From IMG/VR virus record IMGVR_UViG_3300005529_000033, positions 6,436 to 70,435 of that record: a DNA stretch of 64,000 nucleotides; one strand, given 5' to 3'. Made by a program: the position numbers and the translations under genes. The notes below the pieces were generated by a model. It worked only from the letters and a program-made list of their open reading frames with translations, made no database searches and had not been told where the DNA came from. The DNA is from a virus. Position 1 is the stretch's first letter. Each line of letters starts with the position of its first letter. Of this stretch, positions 18,146 to 27,918 are shown in pieces.

Positions 18146-19039
18146 ATGGACACACTGAACCTGGATGAGCTTGCCCGTAAGTACGAGATCGCGATGCGTG
18201 ACGACGGCCTGGCTGGCAACACCGTCAAGACAAGCATGGACACCGTGCGCGCCTTGCAGAAGTGGCAGGCAGCCAACGGCAGGAACGGCCTCGGCCTGGA
18301 CGACGTACGCGGGTTCATCGGGTCGATCCTGGACAACGGCGGGGCCAGGAACACCGCCCAGACCCGCGCCAGGGGCCTGCGGTCCTTCGCCGCCTGGGCG
18401 CACCGGGACGGCCACATCGCCAGCAACGAGCTGACCGCCCTCAGCGTCCCGAAGGAGGGCCAGCGGCACATGCGGATACTGGAGGACGAGGAACTCAGCC
18501 GTCTCCGGGACGCATGCCGCGCACCCGGCGGTTTCATCGGCTGCCGCGACGAGGCCCTGCTCGACCTGTACACCTACACAGGCGCGCGGGCCAGCGAGGC
18601 GCTGGCGCTGGACCTGCCCGGCGACCTGGACATGACACCGGGCAGGGAAGCGGCCATCTTCAGGGACCCCAAGGGAAACCGCGACCGCAAGGTCCCGCTC
18701 GTGGGACCGGCCAAAGACTCCATGGCCCGCTACCTGGCAGCCCGCCAGGCGCAGGGCTACGAGGCCGCCGGCCCCCTGTGGATGTCCAGCCGCCGCAGCA
18801 GGCTCCAGTACGACGGCGCATCGACGATCATCGACCGCCGCGCGCAGGCCGCAGGCATCGGCGACTTCCACCTGCACATGCTGCGGAACTGGTTCGCCGT
18901 CACATGGCTCCTGCGCGGCGGGTCGGAGTCAGGCCTGCGGAAGATCTGCGGCTGGCTGTCGAACGACATGCTCCAGCACTACATCGGCGCCGCCGCTGAA
19001 CGGCTCGCCGACGCCGAAGCCCGCCGCATCTTCGGCTGA
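18146..19039 (+). CDS. tyrosine recombinase (Xer-like size, no arm-binding domain)
   Basis: TGARASE (R), PKG (K), HMLR (HxxR), CGW and QHY (Y) all present; TTGACA-17-GAGCAT-6-ATG upstream. Confidence 0.9.
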   Translation: MDTLNLDELARKYEIAMRDDGLAGNTVKTSMDTVRALQKWQAANGRNGLGLDDVRGFIGSILDNGGARNTAQTRARGLRSFAAWAHRDGHIASNELTALSVPKEGQRHMRILEDEELSRLRDACRAPGGFIGCRDEALLDLYTYTGARASEALALDLPGDLDMTPGREAAIFRDPKGNRDRKVPLVGPAKDSMARYLAARQAQGYEAAGPLWMSSRRSRLQYDGASTIIDRRAQAAGIGDFHLHMLRNWFAVTWLLRGGSESGLRKICGWLSNDMLQHYIGAAAERLADAEARRIFG

Positions 19040-19045
19040 GCATGC

Positions 19046-19084
19046 GGAAGGGCCGTCACGGACCACACACGGGACGGCCCTTCC
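19046..19084 (+). terminator. intrinsic terminator after tyrosine recombinase
   Basis: GGAAGGGCCGTC / GACGGCCCTTCC. Confidence 0.7.
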
Positions 19085-19158
19085 TTAGGTGTCCACCCGC
19101 AGGCAGCGTATCACGAGGCCGCCGGTAGAATCGGTGCAGACGCCTACCGGGAGACGAC

Positions 19159-20181
19159 ATGCCGCAGACCGCGCACACGCGCATCGTACAGCCAGCAGAC
19201 TTACAGGCCGCCGAAGGCGTCCCCGCGATGCCGCCGCGGCAGCCGTTCCCGGTGCCCGGCGCCACGATCCCCCCGCCCGGCCCCGCTGCGGCCCCCGGCG
19301 GCTTCCCGCTCCAGCTCCCGCCAGCGCAGATGACCAGCTCCGCCGTCAACCCGCAGGCTGCCGCGGCGATGGCCGGAGCCGCGATGAGCGCCTCCCAGAC
19401 CGACTTCCCCGACAAGCCGCCCGGCATCTACGACAGCTTCGTCCGCTTACCCGGCGGGCTGGACCTCGGCGGCGGTGATTTCATCTGGACCGCCGAGGTC
19501 CGCGAGCTGACCGGCGCCCACGAAGAGCAGCTGGCCCGCGCCGCCCAGTCCGCGAACACCTTCCACTACCTGGAAACGCTGCTAGCCTGCGGCACCACCC
19601 GGCTAGGCAGCAAGGATCCGGCCGAGACCGCCCGGTACCTGCCGAAGCTGCTGATCGGCGACCGGGACATGCTCGCCCTGGCCATCCGCATCGCCACCTA
19701 CGGCCCCGAGTACGAGTTCTTCGACTACGTGTGCCCGCTGTGCGGAGGGCTCACCGCTAAGGTCACCTGCTCGGTCCTGCCGCAGCCCGAGGGCGACATC
19801 GAGCTCCGCACCCTGGGCCACCCCGGCGACGCCGCGTTCGACGTCCCGCTGCGGCACGGCGGCACCGCGGCCGTCCGGCTGCCCGACGGCGACGACCAGA
19901 AGTACTTCGCCGGGTTCATGTCCGCCACCATAACCGAGCGGAACTCCGCACTGCTGCGCCGCTGCGTCAGCAGGGTCACCGAGGCCAGCGGGATGATACG
20001 TGACGTGGCCGCCGAGCCGTCCGTCATCCTGGCCATGCCGGCCGGGGACCGCAAGACGATCGTCAAGGCCATCAGTGACCGGCAGCCCGGCCCCCAGCTG
20101 CTGGGCGGCGTGAAGTTCCCGCACCTGGACTGCGGCAAGGAAGTCTCCCTTCCGGTCACGCTGGGCGCCTTGTTTCTCTAA
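19159..20181 (+). CDS. tail assembly chaperone / baseplate hub assembly protein (T4 gp26-like)
   Basis: AEVRELTG..EE.LA, LLIGDRD.L.L.IR.ATYG, CP.CG, C-terminal DCG.E..LP..LG.LF. Confidence 0.8.
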   Translation: MPQTAHTRIVQPADLQAAEGVPAMPPRQPFPVPGATIPPPGPAAAPGGFPLQLPPAQMTSSAVNPQAAAAMAGAAMSASQTDFPDKPPGIYDSFVRLPGGLDLGGGDFIWTAEVRELTGAHEEQLARAAQSANTFHYLETLLACGTTRLGSKDPAETARYLPKLLIGDRDMLALAIRIATYGPEYEFFDYVCPLCGGLTAKVTCSVLPQPEGDIELRTLGHPGDAAFDVPLRHGGTAAVRLPDGDDQKYFAGFMSATITERNSALLRRCVSRVTEASGMIRDVAAEPSVILAMPAGDRKTIVKAISDRQPGPQLLGGVKFPHLDCGKEVSLPVTLGALFL

Positions 20182-20401
20182 GAGCAGCATCGGGAAGCTG
20201 TACGACGACTACGGCTGCCTGGTGACCTGCATGCCCGCCTGGTCCCTGGACGTCATCGAGAACATGGGCCGCGGCAAGCGCGAGTACTGGGTCCAGTTCT
20301 GCCGCGCCGCCTACGAGCGCAAGGAAAAGAAGAACTCGGACCTGATCAGCAAGCTTGCCGAGCACGCCGCCGGGCTGCTCGGCGCACGGCGCCGCAAGTG
20401 A
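20174..20401 (+). CDS. tail chaperone downstream ORF, probably reached by +1 frameshift
   Basis: Not in track; open frame FSKSSIGKLYDDY...PAWSL..IENM....REYW typical of chaperone extensions. Confidence 0.6.
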   Translation, partial: FSKSSIGKLYDDYGCLVTCMPAWSLDVIENMGRGKREYWVQFCRAAYERKEKKNSDLISKLAEHAAGLLGARRRK

Positions 20402-20404
20402 CCT

Positions 20405-20440
20405 TTGACAGCGGCGCAGCCAAGCGCGTAGCTTACCGGT
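20405..20440 (+). promoter_or_regulatory. sigma70-type leaderless promoter
   Basis: TTGACA, 18 nt, TAGCTT, 6 nt, ATG 20441. Confidence 0.7.
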
Positions 20441-20809
20441 ATGGGCGGAGACCAGCAAGCACAGCAAGACCATCCGGCACTGTACGCCGTCCTGTGCGGC
20501 CTCGGAGCCGCCGCTACCGCCACGGCTGCCTATGCCTATCTTGCCAGGACCTCCTCACGGCAGGAAGCAGACTGGTTCTTCCGGCGCACCGGCCGGAACA
20601 TGCTCGCCGGCGCCGCCGCCGCAGCCGTGCTGGCAGGTGCTGCCTGCCTGGTCAGCTACGTCAGCCTCACGGCAGCGTGCACCCTGCTCCTGGCAGCCGG
20701 GATCATCCTGCTGGCCGTCTACGTGCCGCCGTGCATGCTCATCATCGGCTACGCCGGCCGGCAGGCCCGTTACCTCGGCCGTCAGTACCGCGGCTACCTG
20801 GACAGGTAA
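20441..20809 (+). CDS. small multi-pass membrane protein (moron-like)
   Basis: Several hydrophobic segments; own promoter. Confidence 0.6.
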   Translation: MGGDQQAQQDHPALYAVLCGLGAAATATAAYAYLARTSSRQEADWFFRRTGRNMLAGAAAAAVLAGAACLVSYVSLTAACTLLLAAGIILLAVYVPPCMLIIGYAGRQARYLGRQYRGYLDR

Positions 20810-20838
20810 ATAACCACCGCCCCGGATAGCCTGTAGGT

Positions 20839-21096
20839 ATGGCTGAAGCACGCATCCGGGGCCCAGGGGGATACGCTGAGGTAAGCGGCGCCGCGGGACC
20901 CTTGCGCCCGGCCCCGGCTCCGCCGCAGGCAGCGGGTGCCGCCCCGTTCACTCCGCCGGATATCTCCGCATTAGGGGACGGCGCAGCGGCAGGCGGCGCG
21001 GCTAAGACCGGCGGCGGCGGCCTGGCCCACGCGATCAGCATGGGCGGCCGTCTCATCAAGCTGCTTCCTGAAGCCGCCGAGGCAGCCGCACTGTAG
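20839..21096 (+). CDS. hypothetical protein
   Basis: TAGCCT 6 nt upstream. Confidence 0.5.
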   Translation: MAEARIRGPGGYAEVSGAAGPLRPAPAPPQAAGAAPFTPPDISALGDGAAAGGAAKTGGGGLAHAISMGGRLIKLLPEAAEAAAL

Positions 21097-21110
21097 GAAG
21101 GACGGCCCGC

Positions 21111-21734
21111 ATGGCAGCCATCAAGGCCGGCTCCGTCTCAGGATACAAATCACACGGCCCCGAACGCCGCGGTGACGCCAGCTCCCCGCATCCCGCCCAG
21201 ATCGGCGGCCAGCCGCACGTCCGGGTCCCGTTCAGCGATGTCAGGCCGCTGGGGACCCCGGCCCAGGGGCTGCGCCCTGTCGTCGCCGGCTTAGCCCGCG
21301 CGGCAGCCAGGGGATACCGGGTCAGCCGTGCCGTCCAGCAGGCCCAGCAGCGGCGGCAGCCCGGCGGGAACGGGATGAACTGGCAGGCATCCCCGGTGCC
21401 GGGCCCTGTCCCGGGAGGCGGGCAGCCTGCGCCGGCGGCTCCTCCCCGGCTGCCCCCGGGCCCGGGGATGCCGTATAACCAGGGCACCACGTACCGGGCG
21501 ACCGCCGGGCCGGCGTACGGCGGGGCCGCCTGGAACGGCGGCGGCGGCCCGCTGGCGAACGCGATGAGCGGAACAGGCAGCGCACGGCCCGCGGCGCTGC
21601 CGCCCGGACCCGGCATGGCGTACAACCGCGGCTGGGTACCGGACGCGGACCAGCAGCCCGCCCCCAGCGGCAGCGGGCGTCCCGGCCGCCGCGTGATCCA
21701 GGGCCAGGTCATCAGGCAGATCGAGGCCGGCTAG
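21111..21734 (+). CDS. Pro/Gly-rich hypothetical protein
   Basis: AGGA RBS; internal repeat LPPGPGM.YN.G occurs twice. Confidence 0.55.
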   Translation: MAAIKAGSVSGYKSHGPERRGDASSPHPAQIGGQPHVRVPFSDVRPLGTPAQGLRPVVAGLARAAARGYRVSRAVQQAQQRRQPGGNGMNWQASPVPGPVPGGGQPAPAAPPRLPPGPGMPYNQGTTYRATAGPAYGGAAWNGGGGPLANAMSGTGSARPAALPPGPGMAYNRGWVPDADQQPAPSGSGRPGRRVIQGQVIRQIEAG

Positions 21735-24700
21735 TGACCACGCCAGACGGCGGCCCGCTCGACGGCGACGGCCAGGACGGAGGCGCCCTCGTCCCGTTCA
21801 CCGGGGCCGGGCAGCTCATCGGCACTAACGATCTGCAGCGCACCGTCCAGCAGTTCACCGATGCCGTCCGCGAGCTGACCAGCACGGTCCGCGAAGCCCG
21901 CCAGTCCCGCAACGGCAGCGCGTTCTCCGTCTCCCCGTCCGGGGTCGCCACGCCCCAGGGCGGCTTCTCCGGGCTGCTAGGCTCAGTACCCGGAGTCGCA
22001 GGCAGCAACACGGGAGGGCCGCGTGGACCAGGACCCCGGGCGTTACCTGCTGGCACGGCTGGATCTGGAACCGCGCCTGCTGGAGGGTTCGGCACTTTAC
22101 TTCGCGGTCCTGGCGGCGGATGGTACGGCGCAGGCGGCGGGACAGGTCCCGGCGGAGGCCTTCCGGTTCCGGGAGGTCCCGGGCCAGGCGGGCCAGCTGG
22201 TCCTGCAGGCCCGGGTGGAGGTGGTCCTGGAGGTGGCGGTCCCGGAGGCCCTGGCGGCGGAGGCGGCGGAGGCGGTGGCGGGTTCCTTCCGCTTCTGGGA
22301 CCGGCGGCGTTCGCGGCCGGGTACGGGATAAACCGCGCTTACGCCGCGTTCTCCCGGTTCTCGAACAACAGCCTGGGCCCGCAGATCACCATGTCCAGCT
22401 ACCTGGCGCAGCAGATGTCGACCACCAGCGCCCGCGGCCCGGCTGCCCAGCAGGCCATCCTGAACCAGGCCTTCGGCTCCAATGCCATGGCCACGGGCGT
22501 CTCCGACGCCGCAGTCGGCCAGTCGGTCCTGAACGCCGTCTCCGGGTTCACCGCCGGGGCCGTACCCGGCTACGCCCAGCCGCTCGCCCGCGGTGCCAGC
22601 GCCTACAATGCCCTGCTGAACTACCCCAACGGCCTGACCTACACCCAGTCCGCCGGGATCACCGGGCAGCTGATGTCCCCGCAGACCGCGATGAACTTCT
22701 ACCGGATGGGCCTGGGCAACGTATCGCCGCTGCAGCTCGGCGGCAAGGTCAACACCAACGCCGCCGGCATGTACGAGCAGCTGTTCTCCAGGCTGGCACC
22801 CGGCGAGAACCTGAGCCAGCTCCGCTATAACCTGCGCTCCGGCGGCGTCTTATCCTCCGAGCTCGGCCAGCTCACCGGCCTGTCCGGCAGCAATCTCGAG
22901 GCCTTCATCACCTCCGGCCTGGACGTATCCAAACTCCAGTCCGAGGGCCTGTCCGCCTCGAAGATCAACCAGCTGATGCAGCAGGCCGGGAAAGGCAACC
23001 GCACCGCCCAGAAGCAGCTCCAGGGCTACGGCGTCAACCTCACCGACCTGCAGGCGCAGAAAGACGTCACCGCCACCAAGACCTCCCGCCAGGCATCCAT
23101 CGAGCAGTCCTTCGCCTCCGGCCTGGATCAGGCCAGCCAGAACCTCGTCAACTTCAACAACGCCCTGAACGCCATCCTCAAGAACCCTCTCATCAACAAG
23201 GTCACCGGCTACAGCTCCGGGTACAGAGCCGAGGCCGGGAACCAGGGAAGCCTGCTCCAGACCTTCATCAGCCCGCAGAACTCCATCGCCTCCCGCGTCG
23301 GCGGGTTCTTCTCCCGCCTGTTCGGCGGCGGCGCCGGGAAACCCGGCCCTAAGCAGCAGAAGCAGACCGCCGGCCAGTCCAACCGCAACGCCAACACCGC
23401 CGGCGGCATCTCCAAGCAGGCCGCCGCCGCCACGCACGCCGCCGAGACCCAGCTCGGCGTCCCCTACCAGTGGGGCGGCGAGAACCCCGGCCGCGGCTTC
23501 GACTGCTCCGGCCTGGTCCAGTGGGCCTACGAGCAGGCCGGCATCGCGCTGCCCCGCACCTCCCAGGCTCAGTGGGCGTTCCTGGCCAAGAAGCAGGTCC
23601 CCTTGAACAAGGTCCAGGAAGGCGACATCCTGTTCTCCGCCGGGTCAGACGGCACCGCCTCCAATCCCGGTCACGAAGCTCTCATGATCAGCCAGAAGCA
23701 GCTGATCCAGGCCCCGTTCGCCGGGCAGAACGTCCAGATCGACCCGTACGACCCGGGCCAGTGGCTGTACGCGGCCCGCCCCTCCGGCAGCCTGTCCGGC
23801 TCCGCCGCAGGAGGAGGCGGCGGCAACGGCAGCAGCGGCGGCAACACCCAGAACCAGGGCAACGCCGGAGCCGCCCCCGCCCCCGGCATCGGCCTGGACC
23901 CCGGCAGCTACGGTTCGGTCGACGAGCTGTCCGCCGTCCAGGGCGCGCTGCTCGGCGGAATCTCCGTCTCCGCCCCGTCCGTCAGCTCCAGCGGCGGCAA
24001 CACCCAGAGCACCGGCTCCGGCGGCAGCGGCTCCGGCGGGAACTCCGGCAGCGGCGGCGGCAGCTCCTCCGCCAAGGGCGGCACCCCGGCGGCTAACAAG
24101 GCCATCGCGAAGAAGCTGATGAAAAGCTTCGGCTGGACATCGGACGCCGAGTGGAATGCCCTGGTCTCCTTATGGACCCGCGAATCAGGCTGGTCCCAGT
24201 ACGCCGACACCCGCGTGACCGGCGCGGGCGGCGACAACAAGAACTCTAAGATCTTCGCCTACGGCGTCGCCCAGGCCCGGCCCGCCACCAAGTACCCCAA
24301 GGCCGGGCAGCCCGCCGACCTCGGCGGCCAGTCCAACGCCGGCGTCCAGATCACCTGGGGCATGGACTACATCAGGGATAGCGGCTACAAGGACCCGATC
24401 CACGCCCTGCAGCACGAGAACGCCGTCGGCTGGTACGCCGCGGGCACCCCGGGAGCCCGTAAAGGCTACGCCATCGTCGGCGAACGCGGCCCCGAGCTCA
24501 TCAAGCTGACCGGCGGGGAGAAGATCCTCAACGCCTCCCAGTCCGCCCACCTGGCCCGCCAGGACGCCAAGACCCCTATGTCCCATCCGTACAAGAACCT
24601 GCTATCCGGGAACTTCGCCTTACCCGACCTGCCCCGGTCCCCCGCCGCGGCAGCCGCCTCCGGCGGCCACGCCTCCGGCGCCGGGGTGAACATCAACTTC

Positions 24701-24832
24701 GGGCAGAACTCCATCGTCCTGGGCCAGGGCGTCACCCAGCAGGAGGCGAAGAACTTCGTCCAGGCCGTCGCCGACGCCGCCCGGCAGAACTCCACCGTCG
24801 CCGCCATCGCGAACGGCTCCCTGCACGGCTAA
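21734..24832 (+). CDS. tape measure protein with NlpC/P60 and lytic transglycosylase-like domains
   Basis: GVPYQWGG..GFDCSGLVQWAY..GH (NlpC/P60); LWTRESGW..AYGVAQA..QI.WG.DYI..GWY; VGERGPEL. Confidence 0.88.
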   Translation: MTTPDGGPLDGDGQDGGALVPFTGAGQLIGTNDLQRTVQQFTDAVRELTSTVREARQSRNGSAFSVSPSGVATPQGGFSGLLGSVPGVAGSNTGGPRGPGPRALPAGTAGSGTAPAGGFGTLLRGPGGGWYGAGGGTGPGGGLPVPGGPGPGGPAGPAGPGGGGPGGGGPGGPGGGGGGGGGGFLPLLGPAAFAAGYGINRAYAAFSRFSNNSLGPQITMSSYLAQQMSTTSARGPAAQQAILNQAFGSNAMATGVSDAAVGQSVLNAVSGFTAGAVPGYAQPLARGASAYNALLNYPNGLTYTQSAGITGQLMSPQTAMNFYRMGLGNVSPLQLGGKVNTNAAGMYEQLFSRLAPGENLSQLRYNLRSGGVLSSELGQLTGLSGSNLEAFITSGLDVSKLQSEGLSASKINQLMQQAGKGNRTAQKQLQGYGVNLTDLQAQKDVTATKTSRQASIEQSFASGLDQASQNLVNFNNALNAILKNPLINKVTGYSSGYRAEAGNQGSLLQTFISPQNSIASRVGGFFSRLFGGGAGKPGPKQQKQTAGQSNRNANTAGGISKQAAAATHAAETQLGVPYQWGGENPGRGFDCSGLVQWAYEQAGIALPRTSQAQWAFLAKKQVPLNKVQEGDILFSAGSDGTASNPGHEALMISQKQLIQAPFAGQNVQIDPYDPGQWLYAARPSGSLSGSAAGGGGGNGSSGGNTQNQGNAGAAPAPGIGLDPGSYGSVDELSAVQGALLGGISVSAPSVSSSGGNTQSTGSGGSGSGGNSGSGGGSSSAKGGTPAANKAIAKKLMKSFGWTSDAEWNALVSLWTRESGWSQYADTRVTGAGGDNKNSKIFAYGVAQARPATKYPKAGQPADLGGQSNAGVQITWGMDYIRDSGYKDPIHALQHENAVGWYAAGTPGARKGYAIVGERGPELIKLTGGEKILNASQSAHLARQDAKTPMSHPYKNLLSGNFALPDLPRSPAAAAASGGHASGAGVNINFGQNSIVLGQGVTQQEAKNFVQAVADAARQNSTVAAIANGSLHG

Positions 24833-24842
24833 GCTTGCGCAC

Positions 24843-25100
24843 ATGTCAGAATGGCTCAGCACCGGCCGTCACACCCGCTGCCCCAACCCAGAATGCCTGT
24901 CAATCGACGGCCTGAAAGTCCGTCCGGTTCTCCAGGTTACGGGCCCGGCCTCCCTGGCAGGCGTGCAGCTGAAGTTCTCAGCTCGTGAAAGCTGGGAATA
25001 CAGATGTTTCGATTGCGAGGCGACCGGCCCGGCACAGCTGAAGGCACCACAAGAGCACGGAAAATGGGTAGACGGCCTAGGCGGCGAGCCCTACGACTGA
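24843..25100 (+). CDS. small zinc-ribbon protein
   Basis: CPNPEC ... CFDC; TAAGCT 7 nt upstream. Confidence 0.6.
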   Translation: MSEWLSTGRHTRCPNPECLSIDGLKVRPVLQVTGPASLAGVQLKFSARESWEYRCFDCEATGPAQLKAPQEHGKWVDGLGGEPYD

Positions 25101-25127
25101 AGGCCATAGACTGGAAGAATTGCGCCC

Positions 25128-25634
25128 ATGCCTGATCAGCCTGACCCCATGGATCTGTGGAAGGAAGCCGGAGGCGGCACGCCGGGATTCAGCGCAGAAC
25201 GCTGGTACACCCTGATCCGCGAACGCATCCTCGGCGAAGGATCCGAGTTCCCCGATCCGGCGAACATGAACTGGGGACTGCTCCAGGACCTGTACGTCAA
25301 GCCGCATCCGCTGATCCGCGACATCGACACCACCGGGCTGCACTACGGCATCGTCGAACTGCTGCTCAAGGCAAAAGCGGTCCACCATCTGCTCGACTTC
25401 GCTGACGTGCCGCGCGGTTACAGCATGGACACCCGCGCTATCGACGACCGGACATTGCTCGCGGTCCGGGGCATGCTGACGCTACGGGCACGGCTGGCCC
25501 GCATCTCCGGCTGGCATGCCCGCGAGACCGGGCCGGCCGGAATGGTAGGCGACGACTGCTATGAATGCGGGTTCCCGTGGCCATGCCCCACGCGGCAGAT
25601 GGCAGACGGGATCTATCAAGACGAGCCTGCGTAA
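25128..25634 (+). CDS. hypothetical protein
   Basis: C-terminal H...CYECGFPWPCPT motif common in actinophage small proteins. Confidence 0.6.
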   Translation: MPDQPDPMDLWKEAGGGTPGFSAERWYTLIRERILGEGSEFPDPANMNWGLLQDLYVKPHPLIRDIDTTGLHYGIVELLLKAKAVHHLLDFADVPRGYSMDTRAIDDRTLLAVRGMLTLRARLARISGWHARETGPAGMVGDDCYECGFPWPCPTRQMADGIYQDEPA

Positions 25635-25643
25635 ACTAGAGGC

Positions 25644-26465
25644 ATGCCCCAGCTCCTGGTCCAGCCCCAGTTCTCCCCGAACTTGCAGACCACGTACCTG
25701 GGCCTGGGCGCTGGCGGCTTCGGGTCGATCGTCCGCGGCTTCATGGAATGGGACACCCCGCTGCCCGGTTACAGCGGCCTGGCCCAGGTCCAGTTCCAGT
25801 TCAATCCGTCGACGCTGGCCGTCGGCTACTATAACCAGACGAATAGCCAGACCGTCACCGATTACTTATTCTCCAATTCGGCGAATACCGCCCCGGTCTA
25901 CACCTACCTGCAGCAGTCCATCTCTTTCGCGCTGCTATTCGACCGGACGTACGACCTGTGGGGCAGCTACGGGGCCGCGGGCCTGCCGTCCCGGATCGAC
26001 TTCCCTGACCAGCCCGGCGCGATCAACAACCCGGGCGCGGCCGGAGTCGGCGTGGACATCCTCGCCATGCAGCAGATCACGGGAATGCTCGCCGAGCAGG
26101 ACACCGGCAAGGGTAACGCGAAAACGTCCCCGGTCAGCAGCAACGGCATCCTGAAGCCGCAGAACCCGGCCATCATCTGGCCCACCTGGGTCTACTTCGG
26201 CAATTCCCCGGCCGGGGTGTATTACTTCGGGTACATCAGCGACTGGGAAGTCCAGATCACCCAGTGGACCCAGTACATGATCCCGATGCGCTGCGTAATA
26301 AACGTCAACTTCACGTTGCTGCCGACATCGGCGGCGCAGTCCGGGCAGCCCGCCGGACCTGGCCTGGCCAACTGGTGGTCGACCAGCCCGCTGCAGCCCG
26401 GGGCGCCGAAGAACGGGCCCGGCAGCAGCAGCCTGGGCACCACGGCGGGAGGAATCCGCGGATGA
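25644..26465 (+). CDS. tube initiator/baseplate hub-associated protein
   Basis: FQFNPS, ISF.LLFDRTY, GV..D, Y.G.I, T.W...M.P.RC motifs. Confidence 0.75.
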   Translation: MPQLLVQPQFSPNLQTTYLGLGAGGFGSIVRGFMEWDTPLPGYSGLAQVQFQFNPSTLAVGYYNQTNSQTVTDYLFSNSANTAPVYTYLQQSISFALLFDRTYDLWGSYGAAGLPSRIDFPDQPGAINNPGAAGVGVDILAMQQITGMLAEQDTGKGNAKTSPVSSNGILKPQNPAIIWPTWVYFGNSPAGVYYFGYISDWEVQITQWTQYMIPMRCVINVNFTLLPTSAAQSGQPAGPGLANWWSTSPLQPGAPKNGPGSSSLGTTAGGIRG

Positions 26466-26740
26466 GCATCCTGTCCGGCTCGAGGTACGCCAACTCGGCT
26501 GTTGCCACCCTGCAGGTCAACGGGAAGCCGCGGCAGGTCATCCTCATCAGCCCCCAGCAGGCACCGTATTCATTCGGGTACCAGTCTTACCAGGTCACCG
26601 AGGCTGATACCGTGCAGTCCCTGGCATCCGCGTTCTTCGGCGACCCTACCCAGTGGTGGCAGATCGCCGACGCCAACCCCGAGATCGAATGGTGGGGGCC
26701 GATCCCGCCCGGCACCATCATCCGCATCCCCTCAGTGTAG
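26462..26740 (+). CDS. LysM/tail-X-like baseplate protein
   Basis: SRY...Y.V...DT...LA..FFGDP..WW.IADANPE...PG..IRIP. Confidence 0.85.
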   Translation: MSILSGSRYANSAVATLQVNGKPRQVILISPQQAPYSFGYQSYQVTEADTVQSLASAFFGDPTQWWQIADANPEIEWWGPIPPGTIIRIPSV

Positions 26741-26742
26741 CC

Positions 26743-27918
26743 ATGCCGAACCCGGTATTAGGGAACGTCTGGACCCAGGTCAAGGTCAACGGGCAGCTCG
26801 TGAAGGACTGGCCGCGCCGGTTCGAGCTCCACCAGGAATGGGGCAAGCACGACGTCCTGTCCGCCTGCGTCATCGTGCCTCGCATGCACCCGTACCAGTC
26901 GCGGCTCACCGCATGGCCGGATAATTCTCTCATCGAGATCCAGTGGGGCCGCTTATCCCCGAGGACAATCTCAACATGGTACGGGTACGTAAACCACAGT
27001 GAGCTCGCCAGCACCGTCGAGGACGGCCAGCGGGGCATCGTCATCGACTACCTCATCGCCGGAACGTCGAAGCCGATGAACTCCGCAGTGAACAAGACCT
27101 GGCAGAATATCACCGCCTCGGTGATCGCCCAGCAGATCGCGCAGAAATGGAAGCTCCGCTGCGTCTTCACCAACAGCACCTGGATCCTGGATTACGAGAT
27201 TCAGGCAGGGGAATCCGACTTCGCGTTCCTGAACCGCCTCGCCCAGAAAACAGGATTCCGGTTCTGGGTATCCGGCGGCACCTTGTATTTCGTGGACCCG
27301 CTGATGATGCTGTCGGCGGCCAGCACGTATTTCATCTATGAATACACCATCGACGGCGCCCTGACTTACATGGACACCGCGAAGAACTTCCGGCGCCTCG
27401 CCGGGGACAACCTGCCCGGCGCAGCACAGGCCACCCGCCAGATCTGGGGCATAGACGCCAGCAACAACCAGCGGTTTCACGTCAACGCCTCGGGTTCATC
27501 CGGCCCGGTCATGGTGCAGCGCACCGACAAGTTCGCCCGGTCCCGCGACGAAGCTCAGCAGATGGCCGACGCCGTGCAGTCCCTCGCGCAGTTCCAGGTC
27601 GGCTGCACCGTCGACGTCCTCGGCAACGTGCTGCTGTACCCGGGCAAGGTCTTCCGGCTCGACGGCAAGGCCATGGCCGACTCATCCCAGGGCTACTACC
27701 TGATCACCGCGGCCACCCACAAGCTGTACGCTAGCGGCCTGGATGACACCATCAAGGACCTGTACTGGACCACCCTGACCGGGCTGAAGGACTCCCGCTC
27801 CTACATCCCCCGGTACAAGGGCATCCAGAAGATCAGCCCCGAGATCGTCACCTGCATCCGCGCCGGGAACCAGTGGCAGGCATCCGCCCAGTCCGCCATC
27901 CAGGAGGGATCTGATTGA
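26743..27918 (+). CDS. baseplate hub protein (gp27/D-like)
   Basis: HD, W.GYV, QAGESDF.FL.RLA..TGF...V....L.F motifs. Confidence 0.8.
   Translation: MPNPVLGNVWTQVKVNGQLVKDWPRRFELHQEWGKHDVLSACVIVPRMHPYQSRLTAWPDNSLIEIQWGRLSPRTISTWYGYVNHSELASTVEDGQRGIVIDYLIAGTSKPMNSAVNKTWQNITASVIAQQIAQKWKLRCVFTNSTWILDYEIQAGESDFAFLNRLAQKTGFRFWVSGGTLYFVDPLMMLSAASTYFIYEYTIDGALTYMDTAKNFRRLAGDNLPGAAQATRQIWGIDASNNQRFHVNASGSSGPVMVQRTDKFARSRDEAQQMADAVQSLAQFQVGCTVDVLGNVLLYPGKVFRLDGKAMADSSQGYYLITAATHKLYASGLDDTIKDLYWTTLTGLKDSRSYIPRYKGIQKISPEIVTCIRAGNQWQASAQSAIQEGSD

Larger units (their letters stand above)
11143..19100. mobile_element. accessory/lysogeny island between tail tube and chaperone genes
   Basis: Two recombinases at the ends, DUF2637, XRE/DUF5753 and strand switching; no att repeats located. 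Confidence 0.45.

Noticed and set aside
11143-19158. attL/attR direct repeats at the island ends
   Set aside because: No convincing shared sequence found by eye between the two flanks
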